NCBI GenBank assembly: GCA_003695265.1
Contig: RFII01000043.1
Location: 1-52,954, forward strand
Length of the DNA stretch: 52,954 nucleotides
Reading direction: 5' to 3'
Source: Candidatus Woesearchaeota archaeon
Lineage (GTDB): Archaea > Nanobdellota > Nanobdellia > Woesearchaeales > J072
Shown: in pieces, positions 7,866-16,946 of the stretch
Position numbering within the stretch: position 1 is the stretch's first letter
How the letters are laid out: the number at the start of each line of letters is the position of its first letter
The notes under the pieces: model-generated
The model's input: the letters and a program-made list of their open reading frames with translations, nothing else
What the model was told of the DNA's origin: nothing
Database searches by the model: none
Program-made: the position numbers and the translations under genes

Positions 7866-8201
7866 ATGAAAAAACATGTTTTTGCAGGATTAAGCGTTTT
7901 GGCAGCGTTATTAGTCATGGCTGCGTTCGCTTTCAACACCAATCATGAAGACAACGCTAAAGATCTTATTAACCAGCAAAGCCTTGAAACAGCATATTTG
8001 CAAATTGAGGGAATGACCTGCAAGTCATGCGCCCTTGGCGTTGAATACGAGCTGAAACAAGTCAATGGAGTGGTTGATGCGAGAGTAAGCTATAAGGAAG
8101 GGACAGGAATAGTAACGTTTAATCCAGAGATAGTTGACGCGGAAACAATTGCAAAGGCCTCAACAGTGTACCCTGCAAGGGTTATACCACAAAAGAATTA
8201 A
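7866..8201 (+). CDS. Secreted heavy-metal-associated (HMA) domain protein, MerP/CopZ-like
   Basis: Signal peptide followed by GMTCKSCALGVEYELKQVNGVVDARV (GMTCxxC ferredoxin-like HMA). AGGTGA lies 5 nt upstream of the ATG at 7866. Confidence 0.85.
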   Translation: MKKHVFAGLSVLAALLVMAAFAFNTNHEDNAKDLINQQSLETAYLQIEGMTCKSCALGVEYELKQVNGVVDARVSYKEGTGIVTFNPEIVDAETIAKASTVYPARVIPQKN

Positions 8202-8204
8202 AAC

Positions 8205-8210
8205 TTTTTT
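8205..8210 (+). terminator. Oligo-T tract after the metal operon (convergent with the guaA end)
   Basis: T6 run 4 nt after the TAA stop at 8199-8201. Confidence 0.35.
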
Positions 8211-8220
8211 ATAGCAGAGT

Positions 8221-9729
8221 TCATTCATATTCAATTGTTCCAGGAGGCTTTTGCGTTACATCGTAGAAAACCCTGTTAACCCCTTCAACTTCGTTAACTA
8301 TTCTGCTTGAAACCTTTTCAATGAATTTGGCTGGCAGTCTCGCCCAGTCCATTGTCATAGCGTCTTCTCCTGTAACAGCCCTCAAAAAGATTGGGTACTG
8401 GTAAGTGCGTGCATCTCCCTGCACGCCGACTGTCCGCATGCAGCCTAAAGCTGCTAACGCTTGCCATACCTTGTCATATAATCCTTCTTGCCTTAATTCA
8501 GAGACAAAAATGTGGTCTGCCTGCCTTACTATTCCAAGCCTTTCCCTTGTTACTGCTCCACCAACTATGCGTATTGCCAAGCCAGGCCCGGGAAATGGGT
8601 GCCTGAACAAGTATTCTTTCTGCAGGCCCATTGCAATGCCGAGCTTTCTCACCTCATCCTTGTAAAGGTCTCTTAATGGCTCAACAAGGCTGAGGCTTAA
8701 GTTTCCGCCAATATTGTGATGTGTTTTGATAACGTCTGCGCTTTTGCTCGGCTGGGCTGACTCAATCCTGTCAGGATACAAGGTTCCTTGGCCTAAGAAA
8801 ACTGCGCCTAACGGCTTTGCATATTCTTCAAACACTTTCCAGAAAGTGTCGCGTATTATTTTCCTCTTTTGCTCTGGATTAACAATGCCTTTAAGTGCTG
8901 TCAGAAACCTATCAGAAGCATCAACAAGAGTGAAGTTTGGAAAATCATTGTACAAATCCTGAACATGAGGTAAATCTTCTTTCCTTAAGAGACCGTTATC
9001 AACGCAAGCCAAGTAAAGCTGGCTGCCTATTGCCCTGCGCAGAAGGTTTGCTACAACGTAAGAGTCAACTCCGCCGCTCACCGCCATCACAACTTTTTCG
9101 CCATGAACTTTTTCTTTTATTTCTTCTATTAGTTTTGCCTCGAGGTCTTCAATATGGTAATCACGCGGAGCCCCGCAAATGTTAAGAAAATTATCAAGAA
9201 TTCTTGTTCCGCTTGGAGTGTGAACAACCTCCGGGTGGAACTGAACGCCGTAAATGTTTCTCTCCAAGTCGCCCATCGCAGCAATTTCAGAAGTGTCTGT
9301 AGAGCCAAGATTAACGAATCCTTGCGGAAGCCTCGTTACTTTGTCACCATGACTTACCCAAACAACCTCATCATTCTGGAGCCCCTCAAAAAAATGAGAA
9401 TTTTGCCTGATATGCAGTGTCTGCCTGCCGTAACCTCTTGTTTCTTCTTTACCAACTTTTCCACCGAAAAAGTCTGCTATTAATTGGTGACCGTAGCAAA
9501 TGCCCAATATAGGAAATCTTGACATGAAGATCTTTGGGTCGCATTTCGGCGCGCCTTTGTCATAAATGCTTGCGGGCCCTCCAGAAAGGATTATTCCGCT
9601 CGGATTAAGCGCGCGAATCTTTGCGTAAGAAGCGTCATAAGGGACAATCTCGCTCTGGACATTAAGCTCTCTGACTCTTCTTGCTATTAAATGGCAGTAC
9701 TGCCCTCCAAAGTTAAGTATGGTTATCAT
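8221..9729 (-). CDS. guaA: GMP synthase (glutamine-hydrolysing), fused GATase and ATP-pyrophosphatase
   Basis: GICYGHQ with Cys nucleophile, SGGVDS PP-loop, C-terminal ...PPGTIEYE. Confidence 0.95.
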   Translation of the reverse strand: MITILNFGGQYCHLIARRVRELNVQSEIVPYDASYAKIRALNPSGIILSGGPASIYDKGAPKCDPKIFMSRFPILGICYGHQLIADFFGGKVGKEETRGYGRQTLHIRQNSHFFEGLQNDEVVWVSHGDKVTRLPQGFVNLGSTDTSEIAAMGDLERNIYGVQFHPEVVHTPSGTRILDNFLNICGAPRDYHIEDLEAKLIEEIKEKVHGEKVVMAVSGGVDSYVVANLLRRAIGSQLYLACVDNGLLRKEDLPHVQDLYNDFPNFTLVDASDRFLTALKGIVNPEQKRKIIRDTFWKVFEEYAKPLGAVFLGQGTLYPDRIESAQPSKSADVIKTHHNIGGNLSLSLVEPLRDLYKDEVRKLGIAMGLQKEYLFRHPFPGPGLAIRIVGGAVTRERLGIVRQADHIFVSELRQEGLYDKVWQALAALGCMRTVGVQGDARTYQYPIFLRAVTGEDAMTMDWARLPAKFIEKVSSRIVNEVEGVNRVFYDVTQKPPGTIEYE

Positions 9730-9730
9730 T

Positions 9731-10912
9731 TTAACACCAATTGTGAGGAACTATGCTTATCCCTTTTTCATCCGTAACCTCGCCCAACACTTCTGCGCAG
9801 AATCCCTTGCGCTTTGATTCTTCTAAAACCAAATATGATTTTCCTTTCGGAACAACAACGTACATTCCCCAGCCCATGTTAAAGTCACGGTACATTTCAT
9901 CCATTTTAATATTTGCTGCATCTTGGATTAATTGGAATATTGTGTGCGGCGGCTCAACCGCCCTAAAATCAAGAAAAGCTCCGAGCTCCCTCTCTTTAAG
10001 AACTCTGTTGAGGTTTGCAACGCCCTCTCCGGTTATGTTTGCGATTCCCCTTATTTCAATCTCAGGATTTTCCAATAATCCTAAAATTATCGGAACATAA
10101 ATCTTTGTAGGAGTCAATATTTCTTCTAAAACTGTTTTGCCGCCGAATTCTAATAGTGACTCAGTTGGCTTAAAAAGACCATTCCAGCCAGCAGGAGGAT
10201 AATTTATTAAAACTTCTCGTGCCAGGCTTATTCCGTTGCAATGGATTCCAGAGCTTCTCAAACCAATAATTTCATCGCCTGGCTGAATATTCGAGCCATT
10301 GAACCAGGGTGGATAAGAAGGAAATTTTATGCCGTTCGCGTCAGCGCAAATATCATAACCCACACCTTCCACATAATCTCCTTTTACCCTATCAGCCATA
10401 CCTCTTATCATTCTCGACAGGCTCGCGTTTTCTCCGCCGATAACAGCAGCTCTCGCGTGCTGCGCGCCAATAAAGAGGCCTGTTGCCAAATCCCTTGCGA
10501 ATTCTATGTCAGGCTTATTCCATGCAACGTAATTAGTTATCATAAAAGGCCTTGCCCCGCTGCACACAAGATCATTGGCTACCATTGCAACAGCATCAAA
10601 GCCTGTGCATCCTAAAGCCCCCGGATTTCTGCCGCCGAGGTTCCTGTAAAGCTGGTGCACCATAGGCTTTGTGCCGGCGCCATCCATTGCCTTGTACAAT
10701 TCAAAACCATTGATTCCATTCTGTGATATCTCATCCAAATCAAAATTGACACCATCGCTAAAAGATCCGATGTCTTCTGGAAACCTGATTCCAATTTCTT
10801 CTAAGTCAGCAACAAAATGCCTTGTTTTTAGGTACAAAGCCTTGAAAACACCAACCACTTCATGCTCTTTTTCAAAATCAACCCCTGCTGCTGCATATTT
10901 ATTCTCACCCAT
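9731..10912 (-). CDS. purM: Phosphoribosylformylglycinamidine cyclo-ligase (AIR synthase), long form
   Basis: PurM-type N-terminus (YAAAGVDFEKE) with AIR-synthase N and C domains. About 393 aa, with insertions relative to typical forms. Confidence 0.8.
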   Translation of the reverse strand: MGENKYAAAGVDFEKEHEVVGVFKALYLKTRHFVADLEEIGIRFPEDIGSFSDGVNFDLDEISQNGINGFELYKAMDGAGTKPMVHQLYRNLGGRNPGALGCTGFDAVAMVANDLVCSGARPFMITNYVAWNKPDIEFARDLATGLFIGAQHARAAVIGGENASLSRMIRGMADRVKGDYVEGVGYDICADANGIKFPSYPPWFNGSNIQPGDEIIGLRSSGIHCNGISLAREVLINYPPAGWNGLFKPTESLLEFGGKTVLEEILTPTKIYVPIILGLLENPEIEIRGIANITGEGVANLNRVLKERELGAFLDFRAVEPPHTIFQLIQDAANIKMDEMYRDFNMGWGMYVVVPKGKSYLVLEESKRKGFCAEVLGEVTDEKGISIVPHNWC

Positions 10913-10925
10913 ATTATCACCTGAA

Positions 10926-12305
10926 TTAATGCCTAAAGCACCTTTGGCCTGTGAAGACCATTGTCACTTTTGGGTCTGCTTCGTTGCACGCAATTATTGA
11001 TTCGAAGTCGCGCTCTGAGCCGCCGGGCTGGACAATACCTGTGATTCCTTCCTTAATGCCGACATCAACTCCGTCCCTGAAAGGGAAGAACGCGTCCGAA
11101 ACCATTATCGCGCCTCTCAAGCCGCCGTTTGCCTCATACGTTTCATCCTCAACTTCTTCCCTAACTTGTTTCGGGTCGTCTATCATTTGGAACAGCCTAA
11201 AGTCTCTTTTTGTCATGAACTTGTTTTGTTCAATTCCTAAGACTAAAACATTGTAAGGAAGGCCTGTTCTTTCAAAGCAGAGCCTGTCGCGCATTTTAGT
11301 GTAAGCCTTCATCACAGCCTGCTCTGCAACACCGACGCGGTCCTGCTCTCCAGTGCCTATGCCGACAGTAACGCCGTCTTTCACGTAAATGACAGAGTTT
11401 GAGGTGACGCCCTGCTCTACGCGCCAACCGAAAAGCATGTCTTCAAGCTCTTTTTGAGTTGGCTCTCTTTCAATCCTGAACTTTTCACCAGTCTTCTTTC
11501 TGACTGCCTCTGCCAACTTAAAGTCATCTGTGGAATGGATTGTTATTAAGGGCGACTGCTGCAAGATTAAGCCGCCATCTATTAACGACTTAAAGGAAAC
11601 GTGGCGCATAAATTGATATCTGCCAAGGTCTGCCATTCCAGGAATTCTAATGACGCGCAGATTCTTTCTTCTTGCCAGAACATCAAGAGTCCCCTCTTCA
11701 TATTCCGGAGCAGCAACAACCTCTAAGTAATTGCTGGCAAGCATTTCAGCAGTTTCCATATCAACAGGCCTGTTAAATGATGCAACTCCACCGAAAGCAG
11801 CAAGCCTGTCAGCAAGGTTTGCTCTTTGGTAAGCGTTGGCTATGCTGCTAGCCTGCGCAACGCCAAGCAAAGGCTCAGCTAAGGCAACGCCACAAGGGTT
11901 GTTGTGCTTTATGATAACAGATGCTGTGCTGTCAGAAAAATACTTTAATATGTTCAACGCAGCATCAACGTCTGTCAAGTTTATCATTCCAGGATGCTTG
12001 CCTGCTTGCAGAAGGTCCTCTGTTGTAATTGCGCTAACTAAGCCGTTGCCCGGCTGAATGTATTCGCAACCACCAAGAATAAGATTTCCGTTCACGAGCT
12101 CGTACAAAGCTGCTTCCTGACCAGGATTCTCGCCATAACGCAAACCTTTCTTAACAAGATCCCCTTTTTTATCAGGTATTCGCCAAGTCTTCTTTCTGTA
12201 AACAAGGGTTTGTGATCTTTCACCATGACCAAAAGTTATTGAAAGAGTGTCAGGAAAGTTGTCTTCCATAATTGTCCTGTACTGCTGCTTAAGATATTCT
12301 GCCAT
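10926..12305 (-). CDS. purH: AICAR transformylase domain protein (C-terminal half of PurH as a separate ORF)
   Basis: LRYGENPGQEAALY, KHNNPCGVA and C-terminal MVFTGQRCFRH motifs. The ATG at 12305 is preceded by GGTGGA and overlaps the upstream stop by 17 nt. An alternative ATG lies at 12269. Confidence 0.85.
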   Translation of the reverse strand: MAEYLKQQYRTIMEDNFPDTLSITFGHGERSQTLVYRKKTWRIPDKKGDLVKKGLRYGENPGQEAALYELVNGNLILGGCEYIQPGNGLVSAITTEDLLQAGKHPGMINLTDVDAALNILKYFSDSTASVIIKHNNPCGVALAEPLLGVAQASSIANAYQRANLADRLAAFGGVASFNRPVDMETAEMLASNYLEVVAAPEYEEGTLDVLARRKNLRVIRIPGMADLGRYQFMRHVSFKSLIDGGLILQQSPLITIHSTDDFKLAEAVRKKTGEKFRIEREPTQKELEDMLFGWRVEQGVTSNSVIYVKDGVTVGIGTGEQDRVGVAEQAVMKAYTKMRDRLCFERTGLPYNVLVLGIEQNKFMTKRDFRLFQMIDDPKQVREEVEDETYEANGGLRGAIMVSDAFFPFRDGVDVGIKEGITGIVQPGGSERDFESIIACNEADPKVTMVFTGQRCFRH

Positions 12306-12990
12306 CTGTTCCACCCAAATATGACTTAATTGCCAAATCTGGCTCTTGACCTCCCAAAAATTCAGAAATTGCCCTGTCATAAAGGTTTGTGTGCTCAAAA
12401 GCTTCAGAAGCCAAAAACATTCTGTAATCTAATGGAGAGCATCCATCGTACTCGGCCAACACACCCAAAAACTGTTCGTATATTGCAGGGTCTGTTAAAA
12501 CTGCAACACGCAAGAAATTCTTTGCTCCAGCACGAATCATCGTTGGGCCGCCAATGTCAATGTTTTCCCTTGCCTCTTCTAAAGTAACACCCTCTCTTGT
12601 CACTGTGTCTTGAAAAGGGTAAAGGTTTACAACAACCAAGTCAATAGGCTCAATCCCATATGCCTGCATGTAATGCCAATGATCCGGATTTAATGGGTTA
12701 AGCAACAACCCACCGTGAATTTTTGGATGTAATGTTTTTAGCAAGCCGTCAGGGCTTTCCGGATATCCTGTGTAATCAGCGACTTCTTGAAGATTCAGAT
12801 CAAGCCCTTGAGCTTCAGCTATTGCTTGAATTCTTTTATAAGTCCCACCGGAAGATAGGATATGTAAGTCTTGTTGATAACTTAATAAAGCAGGAACCAA
12901 GACATCAAGCCCTGTTTTGTTTGTTACGCTAATCAAAGCCCTTCTTATAGGAACCAAGTCTGTTACTTCTTCAATCATTTTAAACATCAC
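12289..12990 (-). CDS. purH: IMP cyclohydrolase (MGS-like) domain protein (N-terminal half of PurH as a separate ORF)
   Basis: RALISVTNKTG, LHPKIHGGLL, DLVVVNLYPF and IDIGGPTMIRAGAKNF motifs. It ends at TAA 12289-12291, in a different frame from the transformylase ORF. The exact start among M1/M2/M5 is uncertain. Confidence 0.85.
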   Translation of the reverse strand: MMFKMIEEVTDLVPIRRALISVTNKTGLDVLVPALLSYQQDLHILSSGGTYKRIQAIAEAQGLDLNLQEVADYTGYPESPDGLLKTLHPKIHGGLLLNPLNPDHWHYMQAYGIEPIDLVVVNLYPFQDTVTREGVTLEEARENIDIGGPTMIRAGAKNFLRVAVLTDPAIYEQFLGVLAEYDGCSPLDYRMFLASEAFEHTNLYDRAISEFLGGQEPDLAIKSYLGGTDGRIS

Positions 12991-14338
12991 CTCTTACTAT
13001 TAAGGATTCTCTTCCAGGACCAACAGAGACGTATTTGACTGGAACACCGACGTTTTCCTCGATAAATCCTAAATAATTTCTAGCTTCTTTTGGCAAATCA
13101 TTCCATTCCCTTACGCCACTAATGTCCTTTTTCCAGCCGGGCAGTTCTTCATAGACGAGCTCAACATTATCAAGAACTGAAAGGTCTGCTGGGAATCCAT
13201 CTAACAGTTTGCCATCAACCCTGTAACCAGTGCAGACTTTTATGACATTAAAATGGCTGAGAACGTCAAGCTTTGTTACTGCCAAAGAAGTTAAGCTGTT
13301 GACGCGCTTCGAATGGTTCGCAACAACAAGATCGAGCCAGCCAGTTCTTCTGGGCCTGCCAGTAGTAGCACCAAACTCTTTCCCAATCTCCCTTAAAACT
13401 TGTCCTACAATAAAGTCAGGTCCTTTTCCGCCCCTGAACAGTTTTGCGTCCTCTAAATCAAGGTGGTACACACCCCCACTTTCATGCGCTTCTGCGTAAA
13501 GACTTTTAACATTTTTGTAATCGCCAAGCTCTGTTGGGAAAGGGCCTTCGCCAACCCTTGTTGTGTAAGCCTTCAGAATACCTACAACTTCCTCAATTCT
13601 CATTGGACCTACGCCAAGACCGACACAAGCACCTCCTACTGTAGGATTTGACGACGTTACAAAAGGGTAAGTGCCATGATCAATGTCAAGCATGGTTCCT
13701 TGAGCGCCCTCGACCAAAAGAGACTTACCTTCATCCAACAGTTTGTTTATTAATACAGAAGTGTCAGTAACGTAAGGCTCAAGTTTTTTGAATGCTGCTA
13801 GTTGCTCTTCAACAATATCATCAAGAGGCCTGTCAGGCACAATGCCAAAAACCTTAACAAACCTTTCAAGGTCTGCTTTCAGTTTTTCAGGGTGTCTGAA
13901 ATCATGAAGCCTGACGCCCAGGCGCGCAGCTTTTCCAGCGTACAACTGCCCAATACCCCTGCCAGTGGTGCCAATATTAAGTAATTGCTCCCATGATTTT
14001 TCTAGCATGATATGCATGGGAGTTATTGCCTGGGCGCGGTCAGAAATGTATAAGCCTCCATTAAACCTGCCTGCCTTCTGCAGAGCCTTTATTTCCTGAA
14101 CGGCAACTAAAGTGTTGAAAGCAACACCGTTCCCTATAATATTGACTTTTCCTTTATGGAATATTCCTGAAGGTATCAGGTGAGTGATTGTTTCTTCGCC
14201 ATCAACAACTATAGTGTGACCTGCATTCGCGCCACCCATGCACCTCGCAATAATATCTGCTTGCGCTGCAAGGTAATCAACGATTTTTCCTTTCCCCTCA
14301 TCACCCCACTGAGTTCCAACTATTACACTGTTCTTCAT
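12980..14338 (-). CDS. purA: Adenylosuccinate synthetase
   Basis: GTQWGDEGKGK P-loop, GATTGRPRRTGWLD. Confidence 0.95.
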   Translation of the reverse strand: MKNSVIVGTQWGDEGKGKIVDYLAAQADIIARCMGGANAGHTIVVDGEETITHLIPSGIFHKGKVNIIGNGVAFNTLVAVQEIKALQKAGRFNGGLYISDRAQAITPMHIMLEKSWEQLLNIGTTGRGIGQLYAGKAARLGVRLHDFRHPEKLKADLERFVKVFGIVPDRPLDDIVEEQLAAFKKLEPYVTDTSVLINKLLDEGKSLLVEGAQGTMLDIDHGTYPFVTSSNPTVGGACVGLGVGPMRIEEVVGILKAYTTRVGEGPFPTELGDYKNVKSLYAEAHESGGVYHLDLEDAKLFRGGKGPDFIVGQVLREIGKEFGATTGRPRRTGWLDLVVANHSKRVNSLTSLAVTKLDVLSHFNVIKVCTGYRVDGKLLDGFPADLSVLDNVELVYEELPGWKKDISGVREWNDLPKEARNYLGFIEENVGVPVKYVSVGPGRESLIVRGDV

Positions 14339-14350
14339 AGTATATCACCT

Positions 14351-15904
14351 TTAAAAAATTGAGCTTGAATAAGGGTTGAATAAGTTCATACTTACAATGT
14401 CATGAGGTTTTGTTTCAGTTATCGCGCTTTCTGACATTCTTTCAACAACAGCTTTTTCATGAAGTTGCCTGATTGTTGCGCAGCCAGCGTTGCTCATAGC
14501 AGCAACAATCTTATCAACTGTTTGCTCAACAGTCGCTTTCATTGGGCCAAGGTAAGGGACAAAACCTTCAATTCCCTCTTCAAAAGTAGAATGACCGTAG
14601 CGGCCTTCCCTCCACAACTGTGCTTTTCTTGATCCTTCGCCCCAATAAGGCTTGAGATTGAACAGAACAGGAATTCCGTTCGGCAGCTCAAACCTCTTCC
14701 TAATAACATCTGTTGGACTTTCCTCGAACTGCGCAAAGTAGCGACCCATCATAACAGCGTCAGCTCCTAAAGCTAAAGCTATTATTATGTCAGTGTCGGA
14801 CACTATGCCGCCGTCAGCGATGATAGGAACATAAGTTCCATGAGTTTTAAAGTAGGAGTCCCTTTCTTCTGCCACATCAATTAAGGCGCTAGCCTGCCCT
14901 CTCCCAACTCCTTTCTGCTGCCTTGTCGAGCATATTGAGCCGGAGCTCATCCCAACCTTCACAGCAGAAGCGCCTGCTTTGACCATTGCTGCAAAGCCTT
15001 CTTTTGTAACAATGTTTCCGCCAACAACAGGAATCCCTTCAAAATTCTTGACAGCAAACCTTATTGCCTTATCCGCGAAGTGAGTGTAAGCATCTGAAGT
15101 GTCCAAAAACAAAACATCAACGCCTGCATCAACCAGAGCAGGAACTCTTTCTTCAAAGTCATGAGTGTCAAAAGCAGCTCCCACCAAGTACTGTTTTGAA
15201 TCAGGATCAGTGAGCTGGTGCGGATTATCCATGTGCCTGTCAAGGTCCTTTTTGAAAACCATGTACATTAAGCGGCCGTCATTATCAATTATTGGCAGGT
15301 TGCCAACATGCCTTTCCTTTAATATTCTGTTTGCTGATTTCAAGTCAGTTATTCCAATACCAACTACTAATTTGTCTAAAGGAACCATTCTTTCCTTCAC
15401 TTTAAGGTTTCTATGATCATCCCTATCATAGTCATTCCTTGTTAGCAAGCCAACAAGCCTGCCGTTCGGAGTTCCATCATCTGTTATTGGAAAAGTAGAA
15501 TATTTTCCTTCAACTTCATCAACTCTTGCAACAACGTCTGCTATTGTGTGCTCAGGAGAGAAAGTGTCTGTTTTTACAAAACCGGCTTTTGTGCTTTTCA
15601 CTTCCTCAACCATAGCAGCCTGTAATTCTACTGGCTGGCTCCTGTAAATAACACCCAAGCCGCCCCTGTCAGCAAGTGCAATGCACATTTTCGGTCCGGT
15701 AACTGCTTGCATTGCGGCACTGAGAAAAGGCCTGTTAAGCATTAGCGCTGGCTTTTCGCCTCTTTCATATTTGACGAGAGGCGTTCTAAGGCCATTATTA
15801 GCAATTATTTTTTCAATAGTTGAATCTTCACTTGTCTTTCCGGGCAATAACAAAAACTCGCTTAAAGCCATTGAAGGCCTTTCAATCCTAACTTCTCCTG
15901 CCAT
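14351..15904 (-). CDS. guaB: IMP dehydrogenase with CBS pair
   Basis: TIM-barrel IMPDH with an inserted CBS region and catalytic loop GMSSGSICSTR. Confidence 0.95.
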   Translation of the reverse strand: MAGEVRIERPSMALSEFLLLPGKTSEDSTIEKIIANNGLRTPLVKYERGEKPALMLNRPFLSAAMQAVTGPKMCIALADRGGLGVIYRSQPVELQAAMVEEVKSTKAGFVKTDTFSPEHTIADVVARVDEVEGKYSTFPITDDGTPNGRLVGLLTRNDYDRDDHRNLKVKERMVPLDKLVVGIGITDLKSANRILKERHVGNLPIIDNDGRLMYMVFKKDLDRHMDNPHQLTDPDSKQYLVGAAFDTHDFEERVPALVDAGVDVLFLDTSDAYTHFADKAIRFAVKNFEGIPVVGGNIVTKEGFAAMVKAGASAVKVGMSSGSICSTRQQKGVGRGQASALIDVAEERDSYFKTHGTYVPIIADGGIVSDTDIIIALALGADAVMMGRYFAQFEESPTDVIRKRFELPNGIPVLFNLKPYWGEGSRKAQLWREGRYGHSTFEEGIEGFVPYLGPMKATVEQTVDKIVAAMSNAGCATIRQLHEKAVVERMSESAITETKPHDIVSMNLFNPYSSSIF

Positions 15905-16946
15905 TTTGCTCCTCCTTAGGACACATACCTACTGGGTGTATGTTCAGCCCTAAATAATTAAAATCGACTTCAACACCTTTTGATCTTAGCTCATTAACAT
16001 GCCTGTAAGTATAAGTGAACATCAAATTAGGTGGAATAACTTCATCTATAGTTGTATTTCTGACTTCCAATCCCTCAGGACCAAAAATTATATATGTGAA
16101 CTTTCCTTTCTCAAATTTGACTTTCACATGTATTTTATCCCACTCATCAGGAATCAATTGGGATAACCAAATGTGATCACTGTAAGGCTCTCCACGCTCG
16201 CTAAGCACCTCGGCAAAACCATTATTAAGGATTATCCTATCTGTTGCAAGGTACTGCAAGCATTGAATTATTTGTGCATGCTCTAATGGAAGCCCGCGCC
16301 TTGCAAGGCTTTTTTCTGTTGTGTTCGCCCTGACTTCTAAGGGTGTCTGTGCGATTATCGGGCCGTGATCAAGCATTTCATCAACAAAGTGGAAAGTAAC
16401 ACAAGTCCATTTGTTCCTGCCATTTGGGTTTCCTATTTTTGGATGATTTCCAACAGCCCATGAGTATCCGTGAAGGCCTTGGAACTCTAAAGGTGCAGGG
16501 TGAGTGTTTAGTATTTTGTTCTTGTAAAAACCAACCATATAGGGGGAAAGTATTGGAACATATCCTAATAGTACAATAAAATCCGGATCGTATTTCATAA
16601 TCTTTGGGACTAGTCTTAACTCATGTAAGCCTTTCCTCAACAGTTTTTTTCTTCCAAAAGGATAAGAATCTCCATGTGCTTCATCAAGCTTTTGCAAAAA
16701 TTCTTTTTCTTGTTGAGTTATTCCAACTAATGAATTGTCAGGATCATATTCCGGAATTTCAACCTCAACAACAGGTATTCCAGCAGCATCTGCCTTTTCC
16801 ATTGCTTTACATCCAGTCTTTTCAGTAAAGGCAACCACAGGCTCAAAATCATAAATGCTCGTTTGATGCGCTTTAATAACAGCCTCTAAACAACTTCCCG
16901 TTCCAGAAGCTCCTATTGCAAGCCTTATTTTTCTTTTGTGCCTCAA
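15888..16946 (-). CDS. purN: Phosphoribosylglycinamide formyltransferase-like protein with an internal insertion and ~110-aa C-terminal extension
   Basis: Formyltransferase core (RLAIGASGTGS, ILNTHPAPL, HFVDEMLDHGPIIAQ). Extra beta-rich C-terminal region of unknown type. 17-nt overlap with the guaB start. Confidence 0.75.
   Translation of the reverse strand: MRHKRKIRLAIGASGTGSCLEAVIKAHQTSIYDFEPVVAFTEKTGCKAMEKADAAGIPVVEVEIPEYDPDNSLVGITQQEKEFLQKLDEAHGDSYPFGRKKLLRKGLHELRLVPKIMKYDPDFIVLLGYVPILSPYMVGFYKNKILNTHPAPLEFQGLHGYSWAVGNHPKIGNPNGRNKWTCVTFHFVDEMLDHGPIIAQTPLEVRANTTEKSLARRGLPLEHAQIIQCLQYLATDRIILNNGFAEVLSERGEPYSDHIWLSQLIPDEWDKIHVKVKFEKGKFTYIIFGPEGLEVRNTTIDEVIPPNLMFTYTYRHVNELRSKGVEVDFNYLGLNIHPVGMCPKEEQNGRRS

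Noticed and set aside
10926-12990. Interpreting the two purH ORFs as a decayed pseudogene.
   Set aside because: Both halves are full-length for their domains and keep their catalytic motifs. A plausible SD plus ATG sits in the overlap. A gene fission or a single indel is more likely than decay.
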